Shown here in pieces: positions 29,466 to 39,090 of a stretch of DNA of 64,000 bases (within the stretch, counting starts at the first letter, position 1; each line of letters begins with the position of its first letter). Source of the stretch: an uncultured virus (IMG/VR IMGVR_UViG_3300025695_000009) (Duplodnaviria; Heunggongvirae; Uroviricota; Caudoviricetes); IMG/VR virus record IMGVR_UViG_3300025695_000009. One strand, given 5' to 3'. The translations under genes were made by a program, and so were the position numbers. Under the pieces are notes generated by a model. The model did not search any database. It saw only the letters and a list, made by a program, of their open reading frames with translations, and was not told the DNA's origin.

Positions 29466-29529
29466 GAGGCATTTTAGGACCGTCTATAGTTATAGGCGAA
29501 ACAAAGGGGGAATTCGCTACTCCCCCTTT
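29456..29529 (+). ncRNA. three-hairpin element with segments complementary to 23S rRNA H69-H71
   Basis: TTAGGACCGT-C-TATAGTTA (29474-29492) and GGAATTCGCTAC (29509-29520); hairpins GCCTC/GAGGC, CGTCTAT/ATAGGCG, AAAGGGGGA/TCCCCCTTT. Confidence 0.5.
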
Positions 29530-29544
29530 ACTAAAAACAAAAGA

Positions 29545-30435
29545 ATGTTAGGAATCCATACAGTATATACGAAACCAAAAAGTGTGTTTGATGATAAGTC
29601 AGTACATGAAAATCAATATCTATTTGAGGTACTCACTATGGTATTATCCTGTTTAAATTGGAAAAGACACTGTGGTCCAATAAAATTATATTGTGACCAA
29701 CCCTTTTATGATTATATTGATGATTTAGAATTACTGTGGTTATGGGATGAAATTGATACTGAAACTATACAGAACATACCTGGTGATTATGATAGTAATA
29801 TTTATTGGGCATATGCTAAAGTATATATCAATTCACTACAAACCCAACCATTTGCCAGTTTAGATACAGACCTTTATATTAGGGGTGGGTTTAAAGAAGG
29901 TGATTTTGATATTTTATTTTGTAATATTGAGAAATGTGACAACAAATTTGGTTATCCTCCGTATCATAAGATGGAGGAATATAATGAACATTTAATCTTT
30001 GATGGGGTCAATGATTATGCCGCTAATGTTGCTTTATTAGTGGTTAATGATTTAGATTTCTATAAGGAGTATGTTAACGTTGTAAATGAATTTGTTTTTA
30101 ACACAAAAAAAGGGCCTTTAGAGGGTAGTGCTCAGTCATCTTTAATGACTTTTACTGAACAAAGAATACTCTATGGTATGTTAGTAGATTATAATAAAAA
30201 GTTCGACCATCACGTTGAAGGTATGTACGATTCAGGAACAACTCTTTTTGAGGATGAATGGTTTAATGCCAATAACTTAACTCATTTGTGGGGATGGAAA
30301 CATATGTGGAAAATGGAAAGAAACGAACATAAACGTAATAAATTAACCAACGAGTTAATCGAAGAGGTAATGAATGACTTCCCTGATGACTGGGATAAGT
30401 GTTATACTATGTTACGTAAAGTTAAATTTATATAA
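29545..30435 (+). CDS. glycosyltransferase-like protein (DUF6734-like); paralog of 55..825
   Basis: KLYCD, YWAYAK, LDTDLYI, NVA, EQR, THLWG. Confidence 0.6.
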   Translation: MLGIHTVYTKPKSVFDDKSVHENQYLFEVLTMVLSCLNWKRHCGPIKLYCDQPFYDYIDDLELLWLWDEIDTETIQNIPGDYDSNIYWAYAKVYINSLQTQPFASLDTDLYIRGGFKEGDFDILFCNIEKCDNKFGYPPYHKMEEYNEHLIFDGVNDYAANVALLVVNDLDFYKEYVNVVNEFVFNTKKGPLEGSAQSSLMTFTEQRILYGMLVDYNKKFDHHVEGMYDSGTTLFEDEWFNANNLTHLWGWKHMWKMERNEHKRNKLTNELIEEVMNDFPDDWDKCYTMLRKVKFI

Positions 30436-30466
30436 GGTTTAAACTATTTATATAAAACAAATTAAT

Positions 30467-30781
30467 ATGAATCCAAATTACACTCAAAGAGAAAAAATAA
30501 TTTCATATCTAACCCTTAGGAGATACGATACCAAATGGGGTGAAATTTATAGAGACATGCGTGAAGAAATGAAGTCTATAGGTGTTACTGACCCAACAAG
30601 AGTTACTCAAATAACCCCTAGATTAATTCACCTTAAAGGTAAGATGAATACTATTCATGAAAAACTACGTAATGAGTTGAAGTTATTTAATGTTGATGGA
30701 ATCGAAGAGGCTAACGAACTAATTATAGATTTGTTTAAAGATACTGCCGACAAAATTGATAAAGAAGTACCGTTAGGTTAA
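30467..30781 (+). CDS. hypothetical protein
   Basis: ORF; TATTTAT at 30445-30451. Confidence 0.65.
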   Translation: MNPNYTQREKIISYLTLRRYDTKWGEIYRDMREEMKSIGVTDPTRVTQITPRLIHLKGKMNTIHEKLRNELKLFNVDGIEEANELIIDLFKDTADKIDKEVPLG

Positions 30782-31194
30782 CTTCTTTCTTTTTTTGATT
30801 CTAACTCGTCAAAAGACTTAGATGCTATCATATCCTGTAAGTTTTTAATCTCTTGACTTAACTCCTCATCTCTTTTTTCAGACTCACCCTTTTTCTCGAA
30901 TGATTTGAATTTCTTATTTTGAGATGCGTATTTGGTGTCTGTAGTATAAGCTTTGTTATGAGACCCTGCATCGTCTAAACCTTTCTCAACACGTATCATT
31001 CTTTTATATAATTCTTTAACTGCCTTTTGAACATCCTGTAGAGAATTAAACTTACTTAGTATGATAGTATCAGATAAGAATTCCGGTAAATCATAATCAA
31101 CAACATCTGAGTTGTTTCCATATAATCCCTGTTCGTTCAGTGTGTCTTTAAGTACTTCCTTAAATTGTACTTCAGTTATTTTAATTTTCTTCAT
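30778..31194 (-). CDS. hypothetical late protein
   Basis: MKKIKITEVQF...LNEQ; TATTTAT at 31229-31235. Confidence 0.7.
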   Translation of the reverse strand: MKKIKITEVQFKEVLKDTLNEQGLYGNNSDVVDYDLPEFLSDTIILSKFNSLQDVQKAVKELYKRMIRVEKGLDDAGSHNKAYTTDTKYASQNKKFKSFEKKGESEKRDEELSQEIKNLQDMIASKSFDELESKKERS

Positions 31195-31276
31195 TATAAT
31201 AAAATGATTTTCTTTATGTCGTATACTAATAAATATAAAGTTATTTGCTATTTATATAGGTAAAACAGAAAAATGT

Positions 31277-31939
31277 ATGGATTTTGAAAAAGTAGAGGAA
31301 AGTTTTGATACTATGTTTAAATCTCTAAACGGTGAGATTTTTATGATTGGTAATTCAATTAAGGTTAAATACTTAGGGTTGAATGATACCATTATTAATG
31401 CTGGTGGTTCGTATATTCTAACACCTAACTTTGAATTTATTTCAACAAATAAAAGTTTCACATATGAATACATAGTTTCTCAGACTTTAAAAAAATTGGG
31501 TAAAGTCTCTAAGTATTTAGGGTTAAATGAGAAGACTTTTAATGTTACTGTGAGTTATGACTTACCTGAGTTTTACATTACCGAAGAAGATAATAAACAT
31601 ATCAATACCTTTTTAAAGGGTATAAAAACTTTAACTTTAGAGTCTAATATGGAACAATCTATCGAGGTAACTCCAATAGATTGGTCTTATCGTCACGATT
31701 CGGAATATAATGAAATAATGTTAATTGAGTTCCAATTCTTCATAAAAGGGGGTAGTATAACTATTAGAACGGGGGAAAAGTTAAATTTACCTTCAACACC
31801 AGATAATGACTTCTATATTCAAAATACTTTTGATGGTTCAGAAATAAAAGAGTTAAAGGACTGTGTAGATAGTTTATCATCTAGAACCCTTATGACGCCA
31901 GGTATGGACTTTAGATATAGAGTTATCCCTATATTTTAA
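31277..31939 (+). CDS. hypothetical protein
   Basis: 220-aa ORF; TATTTAT at 31249-31255. Confidence 0.65.
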   Translation: MDFEKVEESFDTMFKSLNGEIFMIGNSIKVKYLGLNDTIINAGGSYILTPNFEFISTNKSFTYEYIVSQTLKKLGKVSKYLGLNEKTFNVTVSYDLPEFYITEEDNKHINTFLKGIKTLTLESNMEQSIEVTPIDWSYRHDSEYNEIMLIEFQFFIKGGSITIRTGEKLNLPSTPDNDFYIQNTFDGSEIKELKDCVDSLSSRTLMTPGMDFRYRVIPIF

Positions 31940-32016
31940 TTTTAAACAGTCGTATTCATATACTTGAAAAGTTTATTTTATTTACTATTATTAAATAAAA
32001 TTAAACAGTCGTTAAT

Positions 32017-32568
32017 ATGCAATTTAGAAAAACATTTATTGAGGGTCCGTATGAATTCACGCCGACAACTCGAAAAGTAGAGAACGTTCAAATCACTGAA
32101 ACCTATAATCAGATACTATTAGAATCTAACGGTTTTAATTATAAGTTTATTCAGGACGAAACTATCGTGGTTGATAAAGGAGTTTTTATTGGGATTCATT
32201 GTCAGATGCCTCCATATACTCAGGGTAAATTAGTTACTTGCTTAAAAGGTAAGATAATTGACTTTGCAATTGACCTTAGAAGAGGTTCAGACACTTATGG
32301 TCAATGGGAGAGTGTGATATTGGATTCAGAAAAAATGAATCAGTTTTGGATTCCTCCTGGATTCGGTCACGCATACTACTCACTTGAGGATGGTTCGGAA
32401 TTATCTTGTAGAAGTACTAACCTTTATGACGAAAAAAGTGAGGTAGTAATTGATTACAGAGATGAAGATTTCAACTTACCACTAAGAGACTTAAAAGACA
32501 TTAAAGTGTCTAAGAAAGACTCTGAGGGGATTAGTTTTATGGAATTCAACAAAAAAAATCCTTGGTAG
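32017..32568 (+). CDS. rmlC: dTDP-4-dehydrorhamnose 3,5-epimerase-like cupin (divergent)
   Basis: GIH.Q, QGKLV, G.I.D.AIDLR.GS.TYG.W, IPPGFGH; the usual D.RG and RG residues are altered. Confidence 0.75.
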   Translation: MQFRKTFIEGPYEFTPTTRKVENVQITETYNQILLESNGFNYKFIQDETIVVDKGVFIGIHCQMPPYTQGKLVTCLKGKIIDFAIDLRRGSDTYGQWESVILDSEKMNQFWIPPGFGHAYYSLEDGSELSCRSTNLYDEKSEVVIDYRDEDFNLPLRDLKDIKVSKKDSEGISFMEFNKKNPW

Positions 32569-32570
32569 AG

Positions 32571-32601
32571 TTTGTGTAGTCAATATTTTATCTTATCTTT
32601 G
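32571..32601 (+). promoter_or_regulatory. Bacteroidota sigma70 promoter
   Basis: TTTG-N19-TATCTTTG upstream of 32624. Confidence 0.8.
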
Positions 32602-32623
32602 TAGTGAACAAAAAAGGAAAGAT

Positions 32624-32959
32624 ATGGCTAAGAGAGAAAAACTTTGGAGAAACGTAAACAACGAGTATAACTACCAATTCAATTGGATTGATGAAAATGG
32701 TGATACTACGGGTTTCAATGATGTTTGGGCAGCTAACAAACGTGAGGCCGTGAAAAGAGCTAAGAAAATGGAGACAAAGGCTCATTGGTCACTTTGGTCT
32801 GAGGACGAAAGAAAGTATATTACAGTACCTAATGAAGTTAAGGGTCAAGGTCATTGTTTCAGAATGAAAGGGATGTATGTCGATGTAAAGTCAATGTATA
32901 AGGCAACCTACAGTCAGGCCAACAGAATGAATGAATTAGGTTGGATGATGAGTATTTAA
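32624..32959 (+). CDS. hypothetical (early) protein
   Basis: YQFNW...GFNDVWA...EA motif; strong host-type promoter. Confidence 0.7.
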   Translation: MAKREKLWRNVNNEYNYQFNWIDENGDTTGFNDVWAANKREAVKRAKKMETKAHWSLWSEDERKYITVPNEVKGQGHCFRMKGMYVDVKSMYKATYSQANRMNELGWMMSI

Positions 32960-32970
32960 AATAATTAATT

Positions 32971-33225
32971 ATGATAAAAGAGTGGAAAGAGGATATTATT
33001 TTTGAATTCGATAATGGTTATCGAGTAAGAATCCCTTACGTTAAAAGTACCAATTTAGCAATACCAACAAAACCCGTGTTTGACGTTTTAGGTCCTAATG
33101 ATGAGTACCTAACTCCAAACTTTACAAATAAGAAATACCTTAAAGGTGTTACGGCAGATGAGCTAATAACTATACTGTCAAAGATAAAAGATTTAGAACC
33201 AAATAGACAATTCGATATATTATGA
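32971..33225 (+). CDS. hypothetical protein
   Basis: FEFDNGY motif. Confidence 0.65.
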   Translation: MIKEWKEDIIFEFDNGYRVRIPYVKSTNLAIPTKPVFDVLGPNDEYLTPNFTNKKYLKGVTADELITILSKIKDLEPNRQFDIL

Positions 33226-33467
33226 GTAATACAACAGAACCTAAATATTCATTATTTAATGGACAGATTAAATTCGATGACCCAGCAGAATTAAAAAAAT
33301 ACATTCAAAATGCTGACGGTCCTGAAATAGCCAAGATACTTAGTAATGTCTTAGACACGGCAAACTTAAGTGGGTCATACACCTTAGGGGAATCAGTAAT
33401 GGTTTCTGAAATTTTTGAGAGAACTATGGCACTACTTTCATTAGTAACTAAAAAAGTTGAACAGTAA
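33222..33467 (+). CDS. hypothetical protein
   Basis: ATGA-coupled ORF. Confidence 0.65.
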   Translation: MSNTTEPKYSLFNGQIKFDDPAELKKYIQNADGPEIAKILSNVLDTANLSGSYTLGESVMVSEIFERTMALLSLVTKKVEQ

Positions 33468-33571
33468 TGATTAAGAACATAATTAAATTATTTGTAGTTG
33501 GGGTTGGACTTTACCTATTCAAAGAAGTCACGGATAAATGGGTTGAAAATAAAGAGTCAAAAGAAGAGTAG
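33467..33571 (+). CDS. small membrane peptide (34 aa, not in ORF track)
   Basis: MIKNIIKLFVVGVGLYLFKE; TAATG coupling. Confidence 0.5.
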   Translation: MIKNIIKLFVVGVGLYLFKEVTDKWVENKESKEE

Positions 33572-33574
33572 GTA

Positions 33575-33970
33575 ATGAGATTAATTACAACACACCCAAT
33601 CAAGAAAAGTGATTTGGGTTTCCACGCAAATCTTTTCGGGGGTAAATTATTAGCATGGTTAGATGCTTCAGCAGCGGCATACGCGATGGAATTTTGTGAT
33701 ACACCAAGAATGGTGACGGTAAAGATTGACGAATGTGTTTTTAATAAACCTGCTAAGGAGGGTCAACTTATAAAGATATACGGTAAGGTTGATGAGATAG
33801 GTAATACATCGATTACTATGTACTTAGAGGCTCGTGCTCACAACGTTTATAGTGGTGACCAAACAACTATATTGTCTACTAAATTTAAGTTCGTTAGAAT
33901 TGATGAAAATAATGAGTCAATACCTATTTCTCAAAAGGTGAAAAATAAGTTTAAGGAGACTAATTATTAA
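33575..33970 (+). CDS. acyl-CoA thioesterase (hotdog fold)
   Basis: NLFGGKLLAWLD..AA, VTV, F.KP, GNTS, FV.ID. Confidence 0.85.
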   Translation: MRLITTHPIKKSDLGFHANLFGGKLLAWLDASAAAYAMEFCDTPRMVTVKIDECVFNKPAKEGQLIKIYGKVDEIGNTSITMYLEARAHNVYSGDQTTILSTKFKFVRIDENNESIPISQKVKNKFKETNY

Positions 33971-35061
33971 TTTTTATTTTCTTTGAAGTATTGGTGAATG
34001 ATGGACTCTTCTAGTTGGTCTTCATAAACACTACTTTCTTCACCCCATGATATAAAACTATCACCATCAACAGAGGGTTTAACTCCATTTACTGAAGAAA
34101 CTATAATTTCATCTCTCGTATAAAATTCGTACTCACCACTGAGCATAAGCTTGTTCATCTTATATATCTCGTCTGATAGGTTTTCATATTCCCTAAGACC
34201 TAAATACCCTACATTATCTTCGTAGGCTATGGTATCAAATAATGCACAAATGCCGGATGAAATATCGGTAGTTATAGTTATGTTATTTAACTTATCCTCA
34301 TCTATATGGTTAAATAATATACTTGATAATGTCCCACTTAAAAGATGAAACTGACCATCTCCAGATTCGACATCTAATTTTACCCCGTGAAAAGTATCAC
34401 CATTTAAATCTGCGTTTTTTATGTAGTTAATTGCAGCGTCGACTTTATCCTGAGATAAGTCCTGAGTATTTGGTCCTGAATGTCTATCTCTTTTACTTAT
34501 CTTATCTATTACGATTTCAAAATCTAATGAAGTTACATAATAAACGTCATCAATAAAGAAATTACTTTTACTCCAACCACTTGGTTCTATAACGTTAGAA
34601 ATAGTATAGTCGATTATAAATGAAGACCCCGTAAAAAATCTACCTTTTTGTCCAATAAATCGGTTAGATAATTCTTTAAATGAGTATTTTTCGGGAACGA
34701 CCATATTCTTTAATTCTGGAATTGATTTTGTCCTCCACCATTCACTTACATCCAGATGTTTGTTGGTGAAAGTATACTCTTCTCCGTTCACATCTGCAGA
34801 TACTTTAAAAAATATTTCTTCACCAATACTATCTACAATTCGATATTTCTTTACCTCGTTTATTATTGATTCAGTAATATAAAGACCTAAAGATTCTGAA
34901 CTTAGTAACCAATCTCCCTGATATGTGTAATTAAAGCACAGTATGGGGTGTGTTTTATTTATGTGCATCTCGCACACTCCTTCATACGTTAAGCCCTTAA
35001 ATGGTAACTTTAAGGGTACTATCTTTAAAAACTTATTTAGGTTAATTATATTTTGGTCCAT
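33967..35061 (-). CDS. hypothetical late protein
   Basis: 364-aa ORF; TATTTAT at 35069-35075. Confidence 0.7.
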   Translation of the reverse strand: MDQNIINLNKFLKIVPLKLPFKGLTYEGVCEMHINKTHPILCFNYTYQGDWLLSSESLGLYITESIINEVKKYRIVDSIGEEIFFKVSADVNGEEYTFTNKHLDVSEWWRTKSIPELKNMVVPEKYSFKELSNRFIGQKGRFFTGSSFIIDYTISNVIEPSGWSKSNFFIDDVYYVTSLDFEIVIDKISKRDRHSGPNTQDLSQDKVDAAINYIKNADLNGDTFHGVKLDVESGDGQFHLLSGTLSSILFNHIDEDKLNNITITTDISSGICALFDTIAYEDNVGYLGLREYENLSDEIYKMNKLMLSGEYEFYTRDEIIVSSVNGVKPSVDGDSFISWGEESSVYEDQLEESIIHQYFKENKN

Positions 35062-35136
35062 ATATATTATAAATACTAAATAAATTAGTTTGTTTAATCC
35101 GTATATTTTAATTAATTTTACTTAAAATATTTTAGT

Positions 35137-35721
35137 ATGATAAAAACAAAAATTATTAATTTATTCGGTGGTCCTGGTGTTGGTAAGTCTACGACCGCAG
35201 CGAAGGTATTTAGTGAATTACAACTTAAGGGGTATAAGTGTGACTTACCTTATGAGTTTCCGAAACAGGTTGCGTGGGAGTCTAATGTGTCCCAAATAAG
35301 TGACCAGTCATATATTTTCTCAAACCAACATAGGGGAATCGTGAGGTCCTTTGGTAAGGTAGATTACATTATACTTGACTCTCCAATATTATTATCTATA
35401 GTTTATAAAAATCGATACCATCAGGGGTATCCTTCAAATCTATACGGAGATTCGTTCGATAACTTTGTATTAGAAGTTTTTAAAGGTTATGATAATATTA
35501 ACTTTGTATTAGAAAGAAACACCGAGACTTTTGAGGAGAATGGTCGACTACAGACTAAAGAAGAATCATTAGAGATTGATAACGATATTGTTAATCTCTT
35601 AACAAATAATGACATCGATTATGTTCCAATTAATCAGACTAACGATATTGGAGATAGAATCGCAGAACATTTGGTTCTGTTAGATAAGTCAGAAAAAAAT
35701 ATTATTGAAATATATGAGTGA
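35137..35721 (+). CDS. P-loop kinase (NadR/AAA_28-like)
   Basis: INLFGGPGVGKST, DSPILLS, GR.Q. Confidence 0.8.
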   Translation: MIKTKIINLFGGPGVGKSTTAAKVFSELQLKGYKCDLPYEFPKQVAWESNVSQISDQSYIFSNQHRGIVRSFGKVDYIILDSPILLSIVYKNRYHQGYPSNLYGDSFDNFVLEVFKGYDNINFVLERNTETFEENGRLQTKEESLEIDNDIVNLLTNNDIDYVPINQTNDIGDRIAEHLVLLDKSEKNIIEIYE

Positions 35722-36157
35722 TAGAGAAATAATGGAAGCTAAGGGGTTTAGTAGAAAATATACTAAAGGTGTTATTGCTGGTAACTTTGATGTGATACAT
35801 CCAGGATACATAAAAATGTTTAAGGACGCAAAAAAAGAGTGTGATGTATTAGTCGTACTTCTTCATACTGACCCTTCAGTTGAAAGACCTGAGAAATTAA
35901 AGCCTATACTTTCTATTGAGGAGAGAAGAGAAACGCTAATGGAGTTGAGGTCAATTAACGATGTTTTTATTTACACATATGAGGCACAACTAATTGACTT
36001 ACTTAAAATGGGCGAGTTTGATATCCGTTTCTTAGGTGATGACTATATTGGTAAACCATTTACGGGAGACAATTTAGATATTAAAATTCACTACTTAGAT
36101 AGAAGTCACGGATGGTCAACAACTAAATTTAAAAAATTAATATCTGAAACTATATAA
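35714..36157 (+). CDS. cytidylyltransferase (TagD/RfaE-like)
   Basis: GNFDVIHPGY, KP, ER, GDDY, STT. Confidence 0.8.
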   Translation: MSDREIMEAKGFSRKYTKGVIAGNFDVIHPGYIKMFKDAKKECDVLVVLLHTDPSVERPEKLKPILSIEERRETLMELRSINDVFIYTYEAQLIDLLKMGEFDIRFLGDDYIGKPFTGDNLDIKIHYLDRSHGWSTTKFKKLISETI

Positions 36158-36978
36158 TGAAAATAGGAATAGTAGGACAGGGGTTTGTTGGTAATGCAGT
36201 TTATCAAAAGTTTAAGAATTATTATGAAGTATTAACTTACGACCTAAATGAGAATAAGTCGAACTCATCTAAGAGGGAAGTATATGGTTGTGAGTACGTA
36301 TTCTTATGTCTACCGACCCCAATGAGTAAAGATGGTAGTTGTTATGTCGGGTACTTAGAAGATGTCTTAAACGAACTTAATTTGATTGGTGACAAAAAGA
36401 CAGTCGTAATAAAATCCACTGTCATACCAGGCACTACTAAGAGATTTAACTCATTTTATAATAATTTAAGTGTGGTATTTAATCCTGAGTTTTTAACTGA
36501 ACGTAATGCAGTTAATGATTACAACAATCAAAAAAGAATTATATTAGGAGGTCCTAGACCATCAACCACAATACTTAGACAGATTTTTAGTAAGGTATTC
36601 CCAACGGCAGATATCGTTAAAACAGATGAAACGCACGCTGAAATGGTTAAGTATTTAACCAACACTTTTTTGGCGACAAAAGTTTCTTTTGCGAATGAAA
36701 TGTACCAAATATGTAATAAGTTGGATATTGATTACGATAAAGTAGTTGAATATTCGGTATATGACGAAAGATTAGGTAATTCTCATTGGAGTGTTCCAGG
36801 ACCCGATAATGACTTAGGGTATGGTGGACATTGTTTTCCAAAAGATGTTAAAGCTCTGATATCCCTAAGTAAGGAATTAGATGTCTTACCAACGATACTA
36901 AACGCAACAGATGAGAAAAATAACTCCGTAAGGGAAAATAGAGATTGGGAAGATATGAAAGGTAGAGCGACTTTATAA
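36157..36978 (+). CDS. UDP-glucose/GDP-mannose dehydrogenase family protein (lacks C-terminal domain)
   Basis: GQGFVG, LPTP, KSTV.PG, NPEFL, AEMVKY..N, GYGGHCFPKD. Confidence 0.85.
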   Translation: MKIGIVGQGFVGNAVYQKFKNYYEVLTYDLNENKSNSSKREVYGCEYVFLCLPTPMSKDGSCYVGYLEDVLNELNLIGDKKTVVIKSTVIPGTTKRFNSFYNNLSVVFNPEFLTERNAVNDYNNQKRIILGGPRPSTTILRQIFSKVFPTADIVKTDETHAEMVKYLTNTFLATKVSFANEMYQICNKLDIDYDKVVEYSVYDERLGNSHWSVPGPDNDLGYGGHCFPKDVKALISLSKELDVLPTILNATDEKNNSVRENRDWEDMKGRATL

Positions 36979-37794
36979 TTTAACGAAAGTACATTCACAA
37001 TTTCCATTCACACCACTAAGATTTCCATCAGCATTTACCTTAATTTTGTTTTCACCTTTAAGGAATTTGTTGATAATATCTTTAGATTCAGGGGAATTAA
37101 TTGTGAATTCCGCACCACTCTTTGAAGTTCCAAAGATAGAGTCGTCATTTTTTAACTCAATAGTCTTAAGATTGACCTCACCATCGTAAGCTTTAATACT
37201 AAACTTATAACATTTAGCGGTTGCTTTATACTTTAAAGTGTTGTTTTTATTAGTAACTATTAATTTACCATCTTCAACATCCATTAACGCACCACCACTG
37301 GAAATATTCTCATCTAATGGTTCGTCTTTTTCTTTAGGTTTCCAACTTTCTAAACTCACATAATTAATACCATAGTTTTCTCCCAAATGATTAAATATCA
37401 CTTCAATATGTGGTCTAACAAATTCATCCCAAAAACAATTAGGATACTCTTTATCTTTACAGGTATAGTTTTCTTTACCAATTCCTTGCACTTTAACCTT
37501 AAATCTAGCGATTCCAAACCATGTAATATCCATTGAGGATTCTGGTCCTTTTTTGAACTTAATTGGTTTAATATTAATATCAACTCCATCAGGTTTCTCT
37601 TGAGAGTCTGAAAGAGTCTTTATTAGGTCGTTAAGGTAGTCTGAAAAATCAACACCTTTATACTCACTATAAAGTTCATAGTATTCTTCCCACGATGGAG
37701 ATTCGGTTTGAATGTATCTGAAGGACTTTAATGGGTTACCTCCAAGGGTATCCCATAATTTAAAAAGACCTTTTTTAGTTTCTCCTGTTAGCAT
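36973..37794 (-). CDS. two-domain hypothetical late protein
   Basis: ETKKGLFKLWDTLG domain shared with 41274 and 55553; LDEN linker. Confidence 0.7.
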   Translation of the reverse strand: MLTGETKKGLFKLWDTLGGNPLKSFRYIQTESPSWEEYYELYSEYKGVDFSDYLNDLIKTLSDSQEKPDGVDINIKPIKFKKGPESSMDITWFGIARFKVKVQGIGKENYTCKDKEYPNCFWDEFVRPHIEVIFNHLGENYGINYVSLESWKPKEKDEPLDENISSGGALMDVEDGKLIVTNKNNTLKYKATAKCYKFSIKAYDGEVNLKTIELKNDDSIFGTSKSGAEFTINSPESKDIINKFLKGENKIKVNADGNLSGVNGNCECTFVKL

Positions 37795-38639
37795 TACCTT
37801 AGTTTTTTAGAAATAAACTTATCCCCATCTTGATAGGTTACAAAGTCAACTGCCGTGTATCTATTAGACATTTTAAGGAATGATGTCGCCTGTCTTTCAG
37901 AAGTCTTTACCTGAATTGTTTGAATATTCCCTTTTGGTGATTTTACGATTAAGTCGATACCAAATTTCATATCGATAAAATCTCCATTACCTCCCTGATA
38001 TAATATTTCATATCCTTTAGAGTTTAATATGTCGGCAACTAAGTCTTCGTTACCTTCACCAACATCAGACCACTTAGTAATCTTATCGGTATAGTTTAAC
38101 AAATCTTTAGGGTTAGGTAGAAAGGTGTCTATTAGGTTGTAAATAAAATCTTTGTGGTAATTGAAAATCTCTTTAATATCTCCTTTAGGTGTATTGATAA
38201 CATCCAAAATATCTTTGGTTCTATCCTCATCACCCTTATCAAAAGACATTAAAAGTACGTCAGTTAAAACAGTTGCAAGCTGAGAGTAATTTGTGTTTAA
38301 CTTATTTGACGGATGCCATTCACCATCGACAAAGACTAATTTACTATCGGATAGTGTCCTCACAAACCAATCGTATTTACTTTTATTTATCTTACCACCA
38401 CTTAAAAGGTAAGTAGCTCCCAATTCATATTTCTTAATGTCTTCATCACTAATATTTGACTTAAGAGACTCTAATCTTTTATTAATGTAATTTGCCAATC
38501 CAAATCCATTACTTTGATGTAACCACGAACCCAATGAGTTAATTCCGTAGAATATTGATTTTTTACTATAACCACTCGTGTCTTCGGTGATTACACCCAT
38601 TATATCTTTTATTCTATTTAAATCTTCGTTAATCTTCAT
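37794..38639 (-). CDS. late protein with C-terminal PD-(D/E)xK-like domain
   Basis: G..NE, GIDLIV...IQVK; MKINEDLNRIK..M..ITED propeptide; TATTTAT at 38663-38669. Confidence 0.6.
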   Translation of the reverse strand: MKINEDLNRIKDIMGVITEDTSGYSKKSIFYGINSLGSWLHQSNGFGLANYINKRLESLKSNISDEDIKKYELGATYLLSGGKINKSKYDWFVRTLSDSKLVFVDGEWHPSNKLNTNYSQLATVLTDVLLMSFDKGDEDRTKDILDVINTPKGDIKEIFNYHKDFIYNLIDTFLPNPKDLLNYTDKITKWSDVGEGNEDLVADILNSKGYEILYQGGNGDFIDMKFGIDLIVKSPKGNIQTIQVKTSERQATSFLKMSNRYTAVDFVTYQDGDKFISKKLR

Positions 38640-38748
38640 ATGGTATTCATTTAAGGTTTAATATAAATACAAATATACAAAATAAAATTCAATAATTACT
38701 ATTATAATAGAATATATTTACTTATATTTGTTTAATAAATATGAAAGT

Positions 38749-39033
38749 ATGAAAAATTTAGAAGAGGTTAGAGGTAAGGTTGAAAACTACCTTAAGAATA
38801 ATGGGTACTATACGGTAATTAACTTAACTGAGTCAGATTATCCTCATATTGTAAAAACAGGTGTGGATATCTTATATACTAAATGGTTACCATCCTACGT
38901 TGGTGGTGGATTTGCGACCTCAGTTGTGAATAATGATTTACAACGAGCAACAATGTGTGCTGATATTACTAACATACGAGCACTTAAATTCTACGCACTG
39001 TTGTTAGAAAATACTAAGAACCCCTTATTATAA
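38749..39033 (+). CDS. hypothetical protein
   Basis: GGGF..SVVNNDL..A...AD motif; TATATTTG at 38723-38730. Confidence 0.65.
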   Translation: MKNLEEVRGKVENYLKNNGYYTVINLTESDYPHIVKTGVDILYTKWLPSYVGGGFATSVVNNDLQRATMCADITNIRALKFYALLLENTKNPLL

Positions 39034-39035
39034 AT

Positions 39036-39069
39036 AAAAATGGGTGACTCTAATAAAAGAGTCACCCAT
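39036..39069. terminator. intrinsic terminator between convergent genes
   Basis: ATGGGTGACTCT/AGAGTCACCCAT 12-bp stem. Confidence 0.8.
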
Positions 39070-39090
39070 CATATATAAATTTCTATTTAA

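Noticed and set aside
29474..29502. Hammerhead ribozyme (stem followed by GAAAC)
   Set aside because: No CUGAnGA core upstream of the stem.
29456..29529. rRNA gene fragment or contamination
   Set aside because: Only two short blocks match 23S, in swapped order, between intact phage genes.
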